From an uncultured cyanobacterium (lineage in GTDB: Bacteria > Cyanobacteriota > Cyanobacteriia > Cyanobacteriales > Nostocaceae): a stretch of DNA of 64,000 nucleotides. Positions 20,380-31,203 of this stretch are shown here, one piece after another (position 1 is the stretch's first letter; each line of letters starts with the position of its first letter). Location of the stretch: positions 1,376,001 through 1,440,000 of the forward strand of contig CAVUDP010000001.1 of assembly GCA_963740315.1 (NCBI GenBank), written 5' to 3'. The notes beneath the pieces were generated by a model, which was given only the letters and a program-made list of their open reading frames with translations, made no database searches and was not told where the DNA came from. Both the position numbers and the translations under genes were made by a program.

Positions 20380-21810
20380 TTAATAAGCGCCGGTTTTTTG
20401 CAGTAAAACTCTGAAAGTTTGCAGAAAAATGTTTAAATCAAGTAATATCGACCAATTTTCAATGTAGTTCATATCTAATCTAATTACATCATCAAAATTA
20501 TCAATATTAGAACGTCCAGAAACCTGCCATAATCCAGTAATACCGGGGAGAACTTCTTGACGAATAAAATGCTTGGTTTCAAACTTCTCGACATCGCGCA
20601 TTGGTAAAGGTCGAGGTCCAATTAAGCTCATGTCACCAACTAAAACGTTGAAGAATTGTGGTAATTCATCCAAACTATAACGGCGTAAAAATTGACCTAC
20701 TCTCGTTACTCTTGGGTCATTTTTCATTTTGAAAATCACGCCGTCTTTTATTTCATTCTTAGCTTCTAAAGTAGCTTGAATTTTTTCTGCATCAGCAATC
20801 ATTGTTCGGAATTTCCAAATAAAAAACTCTTTACCATGCAAACCAATACGTTTTTGACGGAAAAATATTGGTCCTGGAGAATCTAGTTTAATTAGTACTG
20901 CAATAGATATATATACGGGTGCAAGCAGAATAATTAAAAGTAGAGAAAAGCTAAAGTCAAACAACCGTTTTACCCAGAAATTAACCCCAGCAAAAATGGG
21001 CGCTGCAATTGTTGGGAAAGGTAATCCTCCAATTAAACTAAACCGAGATGTGGAGAAAGGAAGTCTATTTTCTGTGGGTAAGATATGTACGGTAATTCCC
21101 GCATTATAGAAATGCCAACAAAGAAAAGAGCGATTTTTGATCGAATCCCAAGAAATAAAAACTTCTTCTACATTTTGACTGCGTAGAGATAGGAAAGTGT
21201 TTTCTCTGTTTGCCCAATCTAAACAGCTAGAGTCGGCAAAACCTCGCACTGTATAACAATCATCTTTTTCAATAATTTTCATCAGTTGCTCTTTTTGTTG
21301 AGCATCTGCGATCGCAAAAATCGAATGGCGGATTATACCTTTTTGACGAAGAAAATTAGTCGATAAATCGAATAAAAATCTGATAGTACAAATACCAGCA
21401 ATACATACAAACCAATATTGTAGATAGGTGGAGCGAGGAATATAGGTAGTTGGCTCGTAAGCATAGGCGATAAATGATAGCAGTATTGATGATAAAGACA
21501 CTGCTTTAATAATACTTACATAATCGCGACGATGTACCCCTGCTCGATAAACACCAATGGTGGTAAGAATAGCAACTTGAACCCCTAAACTTAATAATAA
21601 AAATGGTAGGTTTTTTGTCCATTCAGACTGTAAGGGAGAAGCATGACTAATAGCTAAATCCCAAGCGATACCCAAAGAGAAAATATCGAGACAAATTAGT
21701 ATAGTTACACGCAGCAATCGGATAAAAATTCCTCGCTGTATAGTTGCGCTTTTCGCCGAACGTAAATCGGGCTTCAACCCATCTATCACCACATTACTAT
21801 AAGACATCAT
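20380..21810 (-). CDS. Priming sugar transferase (WcaJ/EpsE type)
   Basis: N-terminal TMs, KRLFD, DSPGPIFFRQKRIG, KFRTM, DELPQ, GPRP, PGITGLWQVSGR. Confidence 0.93.
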   Translation of the reverse strand: MMSYSNVVIDGLKPDLRSAKSATIQRGIFIRLLRVTILICLDIFSLGIAWDLAISHASPLQSEWTKNLPFLLLSLGVQVAILTTIGVYRAGVHRRDYVSIIKAVSLSSILLSFIAYAYEPTTYIPRSTYLQYWFVCIAGICTIRFLFDLSTNFLRQKGIIRHSIFAIADAQQKEQLMKIIEKDDCYTVRGFADSSCLDWANRENTFLSLRSQNVEEVFISWDSIKNRSFLCWHFYNAGITVHILPTENRLPFSTSRFSLIGGLPFPTIAAPIFAGVNFWVKRLFDFSFSLLLIILLAPVYISIAVLIKLDSPGPIFFRQKRIGLHGKEFFIWKFRTMIADAEKIQATLEAKNEIKDGVIFKMKNDPRVTRVGQFLRRYSLDELPQFFNVLVGDMSLIGPRPLPMRDVEKFETKHFIRQEVLPGITGLWQVSGRSNIDNFDDVIRLDMNYIENWSILLDLNIFLQTFRVLLQKTGAY

Positions 21811-21886
21811 AGCGAAACCTCTTAATTAATAGAAAATCTTGATGAAATACTGAAAATAATCGCAAATCAGATTAACTCCCAGAGTT

Positions 21887-22678
21887 TTAGCTTTTAGCTG
21901 CAACTTTTTTATTTGTGCGATCGCAAATACCCCAATATTCTTGAATTAATAATTTACCGATAAACCAAGGTTGAACTAAGTAACGCTTCCATAATCTTTT
22001 TGGCTCGCTAAATAAACGATAAGACCATTCCAAACCCATTGTGCCCATCCATCTTGGTGGAGTAGGAACGACACCTGCAACATAATCGATACAAGCTCCG
22101 CTAGGCAAAATTACATTAGTCTGAAGCTGTTCGAGATTATCGAGAATCCAATGTTCTTGGCGTGGCATACTCATTCCTACCATCAAAATATGAGGTTGGA
22201 AAGCATTGATTGCAGCGATGGTGTGTTGATTTTCTTTACTTTCTTTATGCGCGTCAATATAACCATGAGCGCAAGCAATTTTTAAATCGGGGTATTTTTG
22301 GCGCAAAATATCTGCTCCTTTCTCTGCAACCCCTGGTTTGGAACCTAAATAAAATATTCGCCAACCCTTAGTAGCTGCTTCTTCCATCAATGGATATACC
22401 CAGTCGGCATAGGTAACTCTATGTTCTCGCTCGATGGAATAACCTCGCAGTTTGCCAATAAGTACTAAAGGCATACCATCAATATGTACATAATCGGCTT
22501 TCTCGTAGAATGCACGCATGATCGGATCGTGATGGTAAATATACAGACTATGTAAATTGTGATTGGCAATAATCCATTTTTGCTGCTCTTGAATAGACTC
22601 TGCAACTAAACCGTTCAACTGGGAAATGTCTAATGCATCGACTTCAACGCCAAGAAACTTTAATGGGGAACGATTCAT
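21887..22678 (-). CDS. WecB/TagA/CpsF glycosyltransferase (GT26)
   Basis: IDGMP, RVTYAD, VGMSMPRQE, GLEWSYRL..EPKRLWKRY. Confidence 0.92.
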   Translation of the reverse strand: MNRSPLKFLGVEVDALDISQLNGLVAESIQEQQKWIIANHNLHSLYIYHHDPIMRAFYEKADYVHIDGMPLVLIGKLRGYSIEREHRVTYADWVYPLMEEAATKGWRIFYLGSKPGVAEKGADILRQKYPDLKIACAHGYIDAHKESKENQHTIAAINAFQPHILMVGMSMPRQEHWILDNLEQLQTNVILPSGACIDYVAGVVPTPPRWMGTMGLEWSYRLFSEPKRLWKRYLVQPWFIGKLLIQEYWGICDRTNKKVAAKS

Positions 22679-22693
22679 AATTGGTTTAAGAAG

Positions 22694-23845
22694 TTAAGAA
22701 TTACTTGCAGCTAACAGAACATTTGCGATCGATTGCGCCCTAGCTTTCCAAGAATATTTTTCTTTAATTAACTTGTATGCAGCTTGAGCAAGCGGTTGAT
22801 ATTTTGCTTCATTTAAAGCAGCATTTAATATGGTTTGAGCAATATCTTCGGTAGAGTAACTTGTGACTAAAAGATGTTGGCGATGATGAAATTCTTCTAA
22901 ACCGCGCAATCCTTCAGGTGTGGAAATCACTAATTTTTGACTGGCGAAATAATCAAGGGCTTTGTTACGCGCTCCTCCTGCTACTGCTTGTTTGGAAAAT
23001 GGTAATAAAGCAATATCTGCATACTTAATATGGGAGATAAAATCATTTCTACTGGGCAAGAAACCCGTAAAATAAATATTAGATGGTAGTTCTTCTTCTA
23101 TATCATCTTTATTGCGACCAATTACGACAAAATTAACTTTTTGTTGGCTATTTTCTAGCTTTTTAGCAATATCGATAGTCATAGATACCGACATATCATT
23201 AGTAGGAAATCCATAGGTTTTAGGCGCTACAACAACTACAACTTTGGATGGTCGTAATTCCTGATAAGGATCGGTATCATTTAAGAAATGACTATTTAAT
23301 AAATCTTCTGTAACTCCATTTCCTATACAGCAAATTTGTTGGGGAGTTTTTCTATACCATTCAGAAATTAACTTAGGAGTAGACTCGCCAGCAGCAATAA
23401 TGGGTGTACCTGAAAATACAAGGATTCCTTGAGCAATATAGGTTTTAATACATTGGCTTAACTCTTGAAACCTATCATTAACTGAAGACAAACGGCTCCA
23501 ATATTCATAAGCAGAAAAAGTATGAAAATCTAATACCAGAGGGCAATTTTTAGTTTTTTTCAGTTTAAGAGCAGTAAGTGCGGCTAAACTTGGACGTGTT
23601 TCTTGAGCATATATAATATCTGGACGAAATTCATCAATACAGTTTTTTATCGATTTAATATACGACTTAAGACTTCTAGAACCCACAGAAATTGAACGGG
23701 TGTAATCTACAGATGAACAATCTATTCCTAATTGACAAACATCAAAATGCTCTGTCAGATATTGTCCAAGATAAAAAGGTCTTGTGAAAGCACCAAAAGG
23801 TTCGCTAGAATCTAGCTGCGAGACAATTAATAAACGCTTACCCAT
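22694..23845 (-). CDS. Glycosyltransferase family 4-like
   Basis: RPDIIYAQE, ADIALLP, KALDYFASQKLVIST, YSW. Confidence 0.8.
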   Translation of the reverse strand: MGKRLLIVSQLDSSEPFGAFTRPFYLGQYLTEHFDVCQLGIDCSSVDYTRSISVGSRSLKSYIKSIKNCIDEFRPDIIYAQETRPSLAALTALKLKKTKNCPLVLDFHTFSAYEYWSRLSSVNDRFQELSQCIKTYIAQGILVFSGTPIIAAGESTPKLISEWYRKTPQQICCIGNGVTEDLLNSHFLNDTDPYQELRPSKVVVVVAPKTYGFPTNDMSVSMTIDIAKKLENSQQKVNFVVIGRNKDDIEEELPSNIYFTGFLPSRNDFISHIKYADIALLPFSKQAVAGGARNKALDYFASQKLVISTPEGLRGLEEFHHRQHLLVTSYSTEDIAQTILNAALNEAKYQPLAQAAYKLIKEKYSWKARAQSIANVLLAASNS

Positions 23846-23973
23846 AAATTAATAAGGTTAAAGGTTAAAGTAATAAGGTTAAAGGTAAGATTAAAGTTTA
23901 AAAGTATTAAACTTCCTAACAACGAATAAATATTCATCTCTGTGGATGGGTTTTTATTCTTACCTTTTAGCTA

Positions 23974-24879
23974 TTAGAGGGATGAATTATTTTGTGGTAT
24001 TTCTTCAGCAAAAGTTGGAGATGCAGCCAAATTTTTGTAACCGATAACTGCGCGAATATAAGGTAATAACCAGTAAATCATCCAAAATGGGCCGGAATGT
24101 CGGGAGCAAAATGTAGTCCAAGGTTTAAGAGGAAATCCTTTAACTTGTAGTATTTTTCGCAAGCGTTGTTGCATTGGTAAATTGGTATCAGCCCAGCTAT
24201 TACGAATAGAATTTTTACTACAGGTACCGACATATCCCGGTGCAATCCAAATAGAGCAGCCTAATTTACGCGCTCTCAGAGCATAATCCAAGTCTCCTAA
24301 ACTATGAATAAATGCTGCATCGATATTGCCAACTTTTGCGACAACATTATGAGGAATTAGCACGCAGTTACCAAACATGGCATCGCATTGCTGTATAAAT
24401 TGAGTAGGTTCTAAAAATTCAAATTTGTTTGAATACCATTTTTTAGATTTAACTGCACCTCCATAGGTGGGTTTTCCAGTAATTGGATTTTGAGTAGTAC
24501 CCACCACAATCGAGTTTTCACAATTTTGTTCGCTTAAACAAAGTTGAATGTTCAACAATTTATCTAAGGTATTAGTTTCTAAAAAGGTGTCGTCATTCAA
24601 CCAAAGATAATAATTGTAGGAATTTTTAATTGCTTCTGCGAATGCTAAACGCATTCCTCCTACCCAGAATAAATTACCGTCACCTTGGAGAATTTTTACT
24701 TGTGGAAATTCTGCTTGAATTGCTTTTGCGGTACCATCGGAACTACCATCATCTGTTAAGTAAACATCGAAATTACGTGTTTGCTGTTGTAATGCACGCA
24801 GACAAGCAAGAGTTGTATCGCGTCTGTTAAAACAGGTCATGATGACCGCTATTTGTGCTTTGTTCATTCTACTTTTCAT
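23974..24879 (-). CDS. Glycosyltransferase family 2
   Basis: DDGSSDGT, WLNDD, GDLDYALR. Confidence 0.9.
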   Translation of the reverse strand: MKSRMNKAQIAVIMTCFNRRDTTLACLRALQQQTRNFDVYLTDDGSSDGTAKAIQAEFPQVKILQGDGNLFWVGGMRLAFAEAIKNSYNYYLWLNDDTFLETNTLDKLLNIQLCLSEQNCENSIVVGTTQNPITGKPTYGGAVKSKKWYSNKFEFLEPTQFIQQCDAMFGNCVLIPHNVVAKVGNIDAAFIHSLGDLDYALRARKLGCSIWIAPGYVGTCSKNSIRNSWADTNLPMQQRLRKILQVKGFPLKPWTTFCSRHSGPFWMIYWLLPYIRAVIGYKNLAASPTFAEEIPQNNSSL

Positions 24880-24946
24880 TGATATAAATTGATAGCCTTT
24901 AATGTAAAGTAATCGTGAAAGATAGTTAAAAAAACATTAGGTATGT

Positions 24947-25963
24947 TTAAAGATTTGCTACCCGTTCTATCCAACCGCTTAAGTTGATATTCAAATTAAA
25001 AGTATTGAGTTTTTGTTCAAATTTTCTCACTTTCAACATATGCCGATGCAAAACAGAAGTGCGCGGCATTTGATGAGCAATAACTCTTTTACACAGCCAC
25101 TCATATTTATCAGAATTAATATTGAAATTTTTCAGCCTTTTAATTTGTTTATTCCAGTCATGATAGTAGAATAGATTAAAATAATGCATCGAAATTAAAT
25201 CATCCCAGTGATTTAAACGCCATTGCTTGGATAAGCGATTGTGTAAGGGTAATGGATAGCTATAATTGTCGGAAAAATGCGATACATTTTCTGATAAAGC
25301 GCATAAAGTTACAGATAAAATTGACTGTTCGACAAAATAAATACCCTGGGGAGGAGTAATATCTAAACGCATTACTTTTTCAAAGTTTTCTTTCCAGGAT
25401 GTAAAGATACCTGCATTTCTTCTAACTGCAACTAAACCGGAATTCCAATAAGCTCTCATTTTTTTATTACCAATTGGAGCATTAACAAATACTTCTTGCT
25501 TTACTCCTAGAACTTCATAAAGCTTTTGCCAGTACCATTCGTGGGGGTCGTTACTACCTGTTGAACCGATACCTTGCCCATATTCGGGACGCATCCGCAC
25601 GTTGCAATCTGCTGGTAATAAAAATTCTGTTGGTTCCGCAAAAAAGCATTTGTCACTATCAAGAAAAACTAGAATTTCGGCATCTATATTTTGTTCGGCA
25701 TAAGCACAAGTCAAGGGCTTATTTGCTAAATAGTATTCATGAAATTCTTCGTTGATAGGTAACTGCTGATGAATCACTCCTAATTGTTGAAATGCTTTTT
25801 GGGTTTCGATGGCGATCGCACTACCTGTTCGAGGATGAAAACTATATATTGGTGTATCTTTTAAATTACCGCAAAATTTACGAATGCTTTCTGCAAGCAT
25901 CAACGATTGGGGTTCTAAACGCCCCGGTTCAGTACAAATTATAAAAGCTAGTGGTATTGTCAT
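24947..25963 (-). CDS. Hypothetical GT-A-fold (DxD) protein in the EPS cluster
   Basis: NKP...FLDSD...YWNSG...EQ..L...HY motif order resembles GT8-like enzymes. Confidence 0.5.
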   Translation of the reverse strand: MTIPLAFIICTEPGRLEPQSLMLAESIRKFCGNLKDTPIYSFHPRTGSAIAIETQKAFQQLGVIHQQLPINEEFHEYYLANKPLTCAYAEQNIDAEILVFLDSDKCFFAEPTEFLLPADCNVRMRPEYGQGIGSTGSNDPHEWYWQKLYEVLGVKQEVFVNAPIGNKKMRAYWNSGLVAVRRNAGIFTSWKENFEKVMRLDITPPQGIYFVEQSILSVTLCALSENVSHFSDNYSYPLPLHNRLSKQWRLNHWDDLISMHYFNLFYYHDWNKQIKRLKNFNINSDKYEWLCKRVIAHQMPRTSVLHRHMLKVRKFEQKLNTFNLNINLSGWIERVANL

Positions 25964-26043
25964 TTGATTTCATTCCTTATTAATAATTGAATGGGAAGTA
26001 GGGGATAGAGAATGGGGAATAGGTAATAGGGAATAGGTACATC

Positions 26044-27375
26044 CTAGACATTAAGATCCCCCCAACCCCCCTTTTTGAAGGGGGGCTTTTTGTAGGTTAT
26101 ATGCGATTTATTACTTTCATAGATTGCTGATTCAAATAATGTAGAATAACGTCTTGCTTGTAGTTCCAAAGTGAATTCTCGTTCTGCTTTTTCCCGCGCA
26201 CGTAAAGATAGTTTTTCGTGTCTTTCGGAATTTTCTAAAACCCAAGCAATCCCTTTCGCAAAATCATCAACATCATAGGGTTGTGCTAAATAGCCACATT
26301 CTTGATGGGAGATAATATCTTTTAAACCAGTGGCGTTAAATGCTACCACGGGAGTTCCACAAGCAAGGGATTCGGAAGCAGTTTGTCCGAAAGACTCTTG
26401 CAAAGATGGTACAAGCATTACATCCGCAGCAGAATAAACAGCAGCTAAAGAAGTATCATCATATAGATGTCCCAAATAATGAGTTTTAAATCCTAATTCC
26501 GGTGGGTTTTCCGGTTGAGCAGCGCCAAAAATTACCACTTCGGTGTTATTGCAGCCAGATTGACTTAATTTTTGTAATGCTGGTTGTAATAGATGAAAAC
26601 CTTTATTTCTATCACTAGTTGCTTCGATAGCTCCAAATAAAATCAGTTTTTTATCTTGAGGTAAGTTGAGGATTTCACGGGCTATTTTTTGATTAATCGG
26701 TCGATATTTATCGGTATTTAATCCATGAGGAATTACTTCTATTCGTGAATTTTTAAATAATGAACTAGATGCAGCACATTCAGCTATCCAATTACTCGGA
26801 GCAATCAAAGTTAGATTAGTTAAATTATTTGAATTAATTAAATGCCATGCTTTCATTTTGCGTTTGTGTACCCAGCGAGATAAATCGCGATCGCGACTAC
26901 TATTAAGTTGAGGGCAAGCACCGCAAGATTGGGTATAGCGTTGACAATCCCCAGCAACGTGACAACCTCCAGTAAATACCCACATATCGTGAAGCGTCCA
27001 CACTAATGGTTGCTTGAGTTTGGCAATAGATTCTATTTGCATAAAAGCTCCACTAATCCAATGCAAATTGATAATATCCGGGTTTATTTTTGCGACTTGA
27101 GGAACAACGCGATCGGGCAACCATTGACTAAAAAATGTAGATTTACTTCTGTGTGGATAAAATTTTAAAGGTAAAGTTTCAAATGTTAGTTTTGTTTTAG
27201 CGATACCTTGAAATAATCGTATTTTTGGCGCAATTACTGTTTTATCGCTACTAGATTTTTCCTGCACCAACATTTGCGAATCTAATCCAATATCTTGTAA
27301 TCCTTTGTGTAAGCGATATGCAGCACGAGCAGCACCACCACTAGTATCATGTGTATTTAGATGTAAAATTTTCAT
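26044..27375 (-). CDS. Glycosyltransferase family 4 (WcaC-like)
   Basis: GGAARAAYRLH, WTLHDMW..TGGCH, ESFGQTASESLACGTPVV. Confidence 0.92.
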   Translation of the reverse strand: MKILHLNTHDTSGGAARAAYRLHKGLQDIGLDSQMLVQEKSSSDKTVIAPKIRLFQGIAKTKLTFETLPLKFYPHRSKSTFFSQWLPDRVVPQVAKINPDIINLHWISGAFMQIESIAKLKQPLVWTLHDMWVFTGGCHVAGDCQRYTQSCGACPQLNSSRDRDLSRWVHKRKMKAWHLINSNNLTNLTLIAPSNWIAECAASSSLFKNSRIEVIPHGLNTDKYRPINQKIAREILNLPQDKKLILFGAIEATSDRNKGFHLLQPALQKLSQSGCNNTEVVIFGAAQPENPPELGFKTHYLGHLYDDTSLAAVYSAADVMLVPSLQESFGQTASESLACGTPVVAFNATGLKDIISHQECGYLAQPYDVDDFAKGIAWVLENSERHEKLSLRAREKAEREFTLELQARRYSTLFESAIYESNKSHITYKKPPFKKGGWGDLNV

Positions 27376-27449
27376 TGATTTGATTATGGGGAGTAGGGAG
27401 TAGGGAATAGGGAGTTGGGAATAGGGAATACAATAAGAATTTTTTTATA

Positions 27450-28695
27450 TTAAATTTGTGCCAGCTTAAGTGATGCTTGTCTCCTCATTCTGTGATATTC
27501 CATTGTTAAAGTTAGAGATGTTGTTAAATACATAAACCAATTCCAGCTAGGAGTTAATAATCTAGCCTCAGAAATATTAACGATAATAATGATAAGCAGC
27601 ATTTGCATCGGTAAATAATCTTCGGGTTTTTTCGCTACTAATACAATTCGATAAAGCGCCATAGTAAAGAAGCGAATGAAACCGATCGCAAAAATCAAGA
27701 AACCGCAAATTCCTAAATCTAGCATTATCTCCAAAAAGCCATTATGAGAATTACTTGCCCATTCGTAAGTTAATCTGATATTAGAAGCGAATGGACTAGT
27801 CCAAAATGCAGCATATCCATAACCAAATAAAAGGTCTTTGTAAAATTTGATTTAATACAGGTTCCCATAAGTCTGTACGTCCATTTAAAGTTAGGTCTTT
27901 TCCCGACGTGCCAACTATAGTTTCTGCGTTACCTAAAATTAAGATCAAACCGCTAACCAATGACATTAAAACAAAACTAATCGCGATTATTTGCATTTTA
28001 TAATTATTGTTATTACTAAGTTTGTATAAAGGTAAAAGACATATCATTGTTATCACGATAGTTAATGAAGTTGTAGAGCGTGAAAGAATGATTAGACAAA
28101 TAGATAATCCGAATAATCCCAACCTGAGTAAACGATATTTTGGTTCGCTTAAAGCTAAATGTAAAAAAACTCCTGCGCTCCAAGCCATCATGTATCCCAA
28201 TTCATTTTTATGCCCAAAAATTCCACTCCACATCCCAGCTAATTCTGGTGTTGTATGAATTCCTCCAAAACTTGGAATTAAAGGAAAAATTATTGATAAA
28301 ACTGCTGTTGTTCCCAGTGCAAAAGCCATGAACCTGATTTGTTCTTTGAAGGTATAGCGCATCGCTAGATAAACAGCTAATAAATAGACTCTAATTAAAC
28401 CTCGTATATAAGTTAAGCTTGAACCCATATCTGCCGACCATAAAACAGAAAATAAGATTATTATTAATAGCAGTAATTGAAATATACCTTTAGAACTAAC
28501 ATATAAAAATCCTTTCCAGTAGTTTGCAATTAAAGCAAATAATATTAAATATGACAAACCATTTAATATTTTGTCTACAAATGCCCCTCCCAAGGGATTT
28601 CCTGAGATTTCATGGGCGGGTTTGATTGCAAAAGCACCTACAGCAATTAGTATTAATACAAGTGTGGCAAGTTTTTCAAGTCGTTCAATTTTCAA
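27450..28695 (-). pseudogene. wzy: O-antigen ligase / Wzy polymerase family protein, frameshifted by one extra base
   Basis: HKNELG, SRST, GRTDLW. Removing one base of the A4 run at 27829-27832 restores RPLFGYGYAAFW...SHNGFLEIMLDLG and joins both ORFs (414 aa). Confidence 0.85.
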
Positions 28696-28733
28696 TTTAT
28701 CACCTCAATAAACTTGATATTTAACAATAATTA

Positions 28734-29675
28734 TTAACGTGCGATTACTTTTCTATCCTGGAGTATTTTTTTCAAGTTTTGTTTAAAAAGATCCAATTTA
28801 GTTGCACGATATACGGTATCTTGAATAAATTTATCTGCTGGTAAATTCCTCACTATATAAGGTGGATGTTTTAAAGGGAATTCCATTTCCTCGGTGGGAA
28901 GGTTGATAAATGAAAACTCTTGATTAGAATTAAAATTTGTTGAGTCTGCACCAACACCAACATTACTAACTAAATTGACGTTGGGAATAATATTTAATCC
29001 ACCTTGCATCCAGCAAGCAAATGTCCATTGGTAATCCCAAGTGATACCCGTAGGATTTTCGTAAATAGAATTAAATATATTTGTCCAGTAACTTACTGCT
29101 TTGGAATCAACAAGAATATTATTTAAAATATTTGATTCTTTGACTTCCTGCCACAATTTAATATGTAGATCGTAATGTTGCCAAGCGCGTCGCCAACTTG
29201 CCCATCCCCAACAGTGACTATAGGATGAAAAATAATAACTATAATCAGTACGCTTCTGTCTTAATTGGGCATTTTGAGCCGCAATCGAAGTGATTCTATT
29301 GTCATATCGATATTTTTCTAGTAATTTTTCGCAAAACCGGAAGAATGTTTGATGAGGAATACAATCATCTTCTAAAATAATTGTTTCTTCTACTTGATTA
29401 AATACCCAATCTAAGCCACTAGAAACTCTTTTCGCACAGCCTAAATTTACCTCTGAGTAATTTTTGATAACTTCGCAATTCCAGTCAACTTGCTCGATAA
29501 TTGCGCGGGTTTCGGCGCATTTTTCGGCTTCACCTTCGCGGTCGATCCGAGGACCATCGGCAATCACATATAGCTTTTTAGGCTTAACCTGACGAATGGT
29601 TTCAAACACTTTGGCGGTAGTGTCCGGGCGTTTAAATATAATAAAAGTTATTGGGGTTTCTAGCTGTTGATTCAT
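28734..29675 (-). CDS. GT2-like glycosyltransferase
   Basis: IFKRP, ADGPR, NLGC, ILEDDC, CWGWASW, NVGVG. Confidence 0.8.
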   Translation of the reverse strand: MNQQLETPITFIIFKRPDTTAKVFETIRQVKPKKLYVIADGPRIDREGEAEKCAETRAIIEQVDWNCEVIKNYSEVNLGCAKRVSSGLDWVFNQVEETIILEDDCIPHQTFFRFCEKLLEKYRYDNRITSIAAQNAQLRQKRTDYSYYFSSYSHCWGWASWRRAWQHYDLHIKLWQEVKESNILNNILVDSKAVSYWTNIFNSIYENPTGITWDYQWTFACWMQGGLNIIPNVNLVSNVGVGADSTNFNSNQEFSFINLPTEEMEFPLKHPPYIVRNLPADKFIQDTVYRATKLDLFKQNLKKILQDRKVIAR

Positions 29676-29826
29676 TGTTATTTATCTCGACCTTTTAATA
29701 AATAAAGATATTTTTGTTTTGTTAATCATAATATGACTTACTCAGAGAATTAGATACATATCGATACATAATTTAGATAGAATAATGCAATATTTATAAA
29801 TAATTAATACATAAATTTGCGATAAA

Positions 29827-31143
29827 TTAGTATTTATAAAAAGGTAAAAAAGACTGCATTTGAATTTGAAATAGTTTGCGGGTTCTTTTATCAACAGCAT
29901 TGCTCAAAAAAGCTGCAACAGCTTGAGATGAAATAGTTGCAATCGCCGCCCCAAGTCCTGCATATTGAGGAATCAGTAAAAGGTTGAGTATAACATTCAG
30001 AATTGCTCCGAATAAAGTCTTACCTAAAGAAACATTATTTAGTCCTTCAGCAATAAACCAAGGTGATGTTGCAACACCCATAAATACAAACAAAGAAGCC
30101 CAAATATGCACTGCTAATATTGCTCCAGCTTCTATATATCCATCATCAAAGATTAACAAAATTATGTTTTTTGATAGGAATGTCATGGGAATAGAAATTG
30201 CCAGAGATATATAGGTTAGTAAGCGGAGTAATTGTCCTATGCGCTTATAGTAATGATGTTCGGATTTTTCTTTAGCTGCATAAATCGCAGGAGCAACCGA
30301 AGAGACAATAGTGGTGGGAATAAAATACCATAGTTCAGAAATACGTACAGCAGCAGAATAAATACCAACTTCGCTATCTCCTTTCATTTGACCTAACATT
30401 ATCTGGTCAATTTTCATAAAAATTAGAATTGCAAATCCAGAGAAGATTAAAGGGAAACTCTGTTTAAGCAGGTTTTTGGCAGTTGCAAAACTCCACTTCC
30501 AGTTCCACAATGAGGAACCTTTTACTTGATAAATAGCAATTAAACCAACTGCACCGATCGCAATTTCTGCTAATGCAACCCAAGCAAATGCTAATAATGG
30601 TGCTTCGATTAAAATTAAGCCTACTTTCAATAAAGTACTCAACAAATAGGCAATATTTTTTGCAATTACACTATATTTTGACTGCACCTGCGACTGAAAC
30701 CACAAGTCAACGGTATCAGCAGTTCTGAAAATTCCAGTCATAGCCAATATTGCTACCAGCCATACGGTAAATGTATCTTTTAAGAAAAATATAGTAGTTA
30801 CTGCTAATAAAACCGAAACAATTCCACCTATTAGTTTTAAACCAAAAGTCGTTCCTAAAATTTCTGCTTTATTTGACGATTTTTTCACAAGATGACTTAC
30901 TACTACATCATCTAAACCCAACGTAAATATTGGCGTAAATAAACTAACAAAAGCCATCGCATAATTAAACAAACCGTATTGCTCGGTTCCTAAATAACGC
31001 GCTACCCATGCTCCAACAAATAAACCCGCACCCATCTTGATAACGCGATCGCCAAATAACCATCCTGTATTGCTGGCAACTGCTCGCAGTTTAGAATTAG
31101 ATTTGAATTGTGATATATTTGGAATTTTTAATTTTCTGAGCAT
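29827..31143 (-). CDS. wzx: Wzx flippase
   Basis: Multi-TM MOP-type protein: ARYLG..YG, KIDQIMLG, VGIYSAA, LLIPQY.GLGAA. Confidence 0.9.
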   Translation of the reverse strand: MLRKLKIPNISQFKSNSKLRAVASNTGWLFGDRVIKMGAGLFVGAWVARYLGTEQYGLFNYAMAFVSLFTPIFTLGLDDVVVSHLVKKSSNKAEILGTTFGLKLIGGIVSVLLAVTTIFFLKDTFTVWLVAILAMTGIFRTADTVDLWFQSQVQSKYSVIAKNIAYLLSTLLKVGLILIEAPLLAFAWVALAEIAIGAVGLIAIYQVKGSSLWNWKWSFATAKNLLKQSFPLIFSGFAILIFMKIDQIMLGQMKGDSEVGIYSAAVRISELWYFIPTTIVSSVAPAIYAAKEKSEHHYYKRIGQLLRLLTYISLAISIPMTFLSKNIILLIFDDGYIEAGAILAVHIWASLFVFMGVATSPWFIAEGLNNVSLGKTLFGAILNVILNLLLIPQYAGLGAAIATISSQAVAAFLSNAVDKRTRKLFQIQMQSFLPFYKY

Positions 31144-31203
31144 TGGGGAACAGTTAGCAGTGAGCAGTGAACAGTGAGCAGTGAGCAGTGAATAAAAAAG
31201 AAG

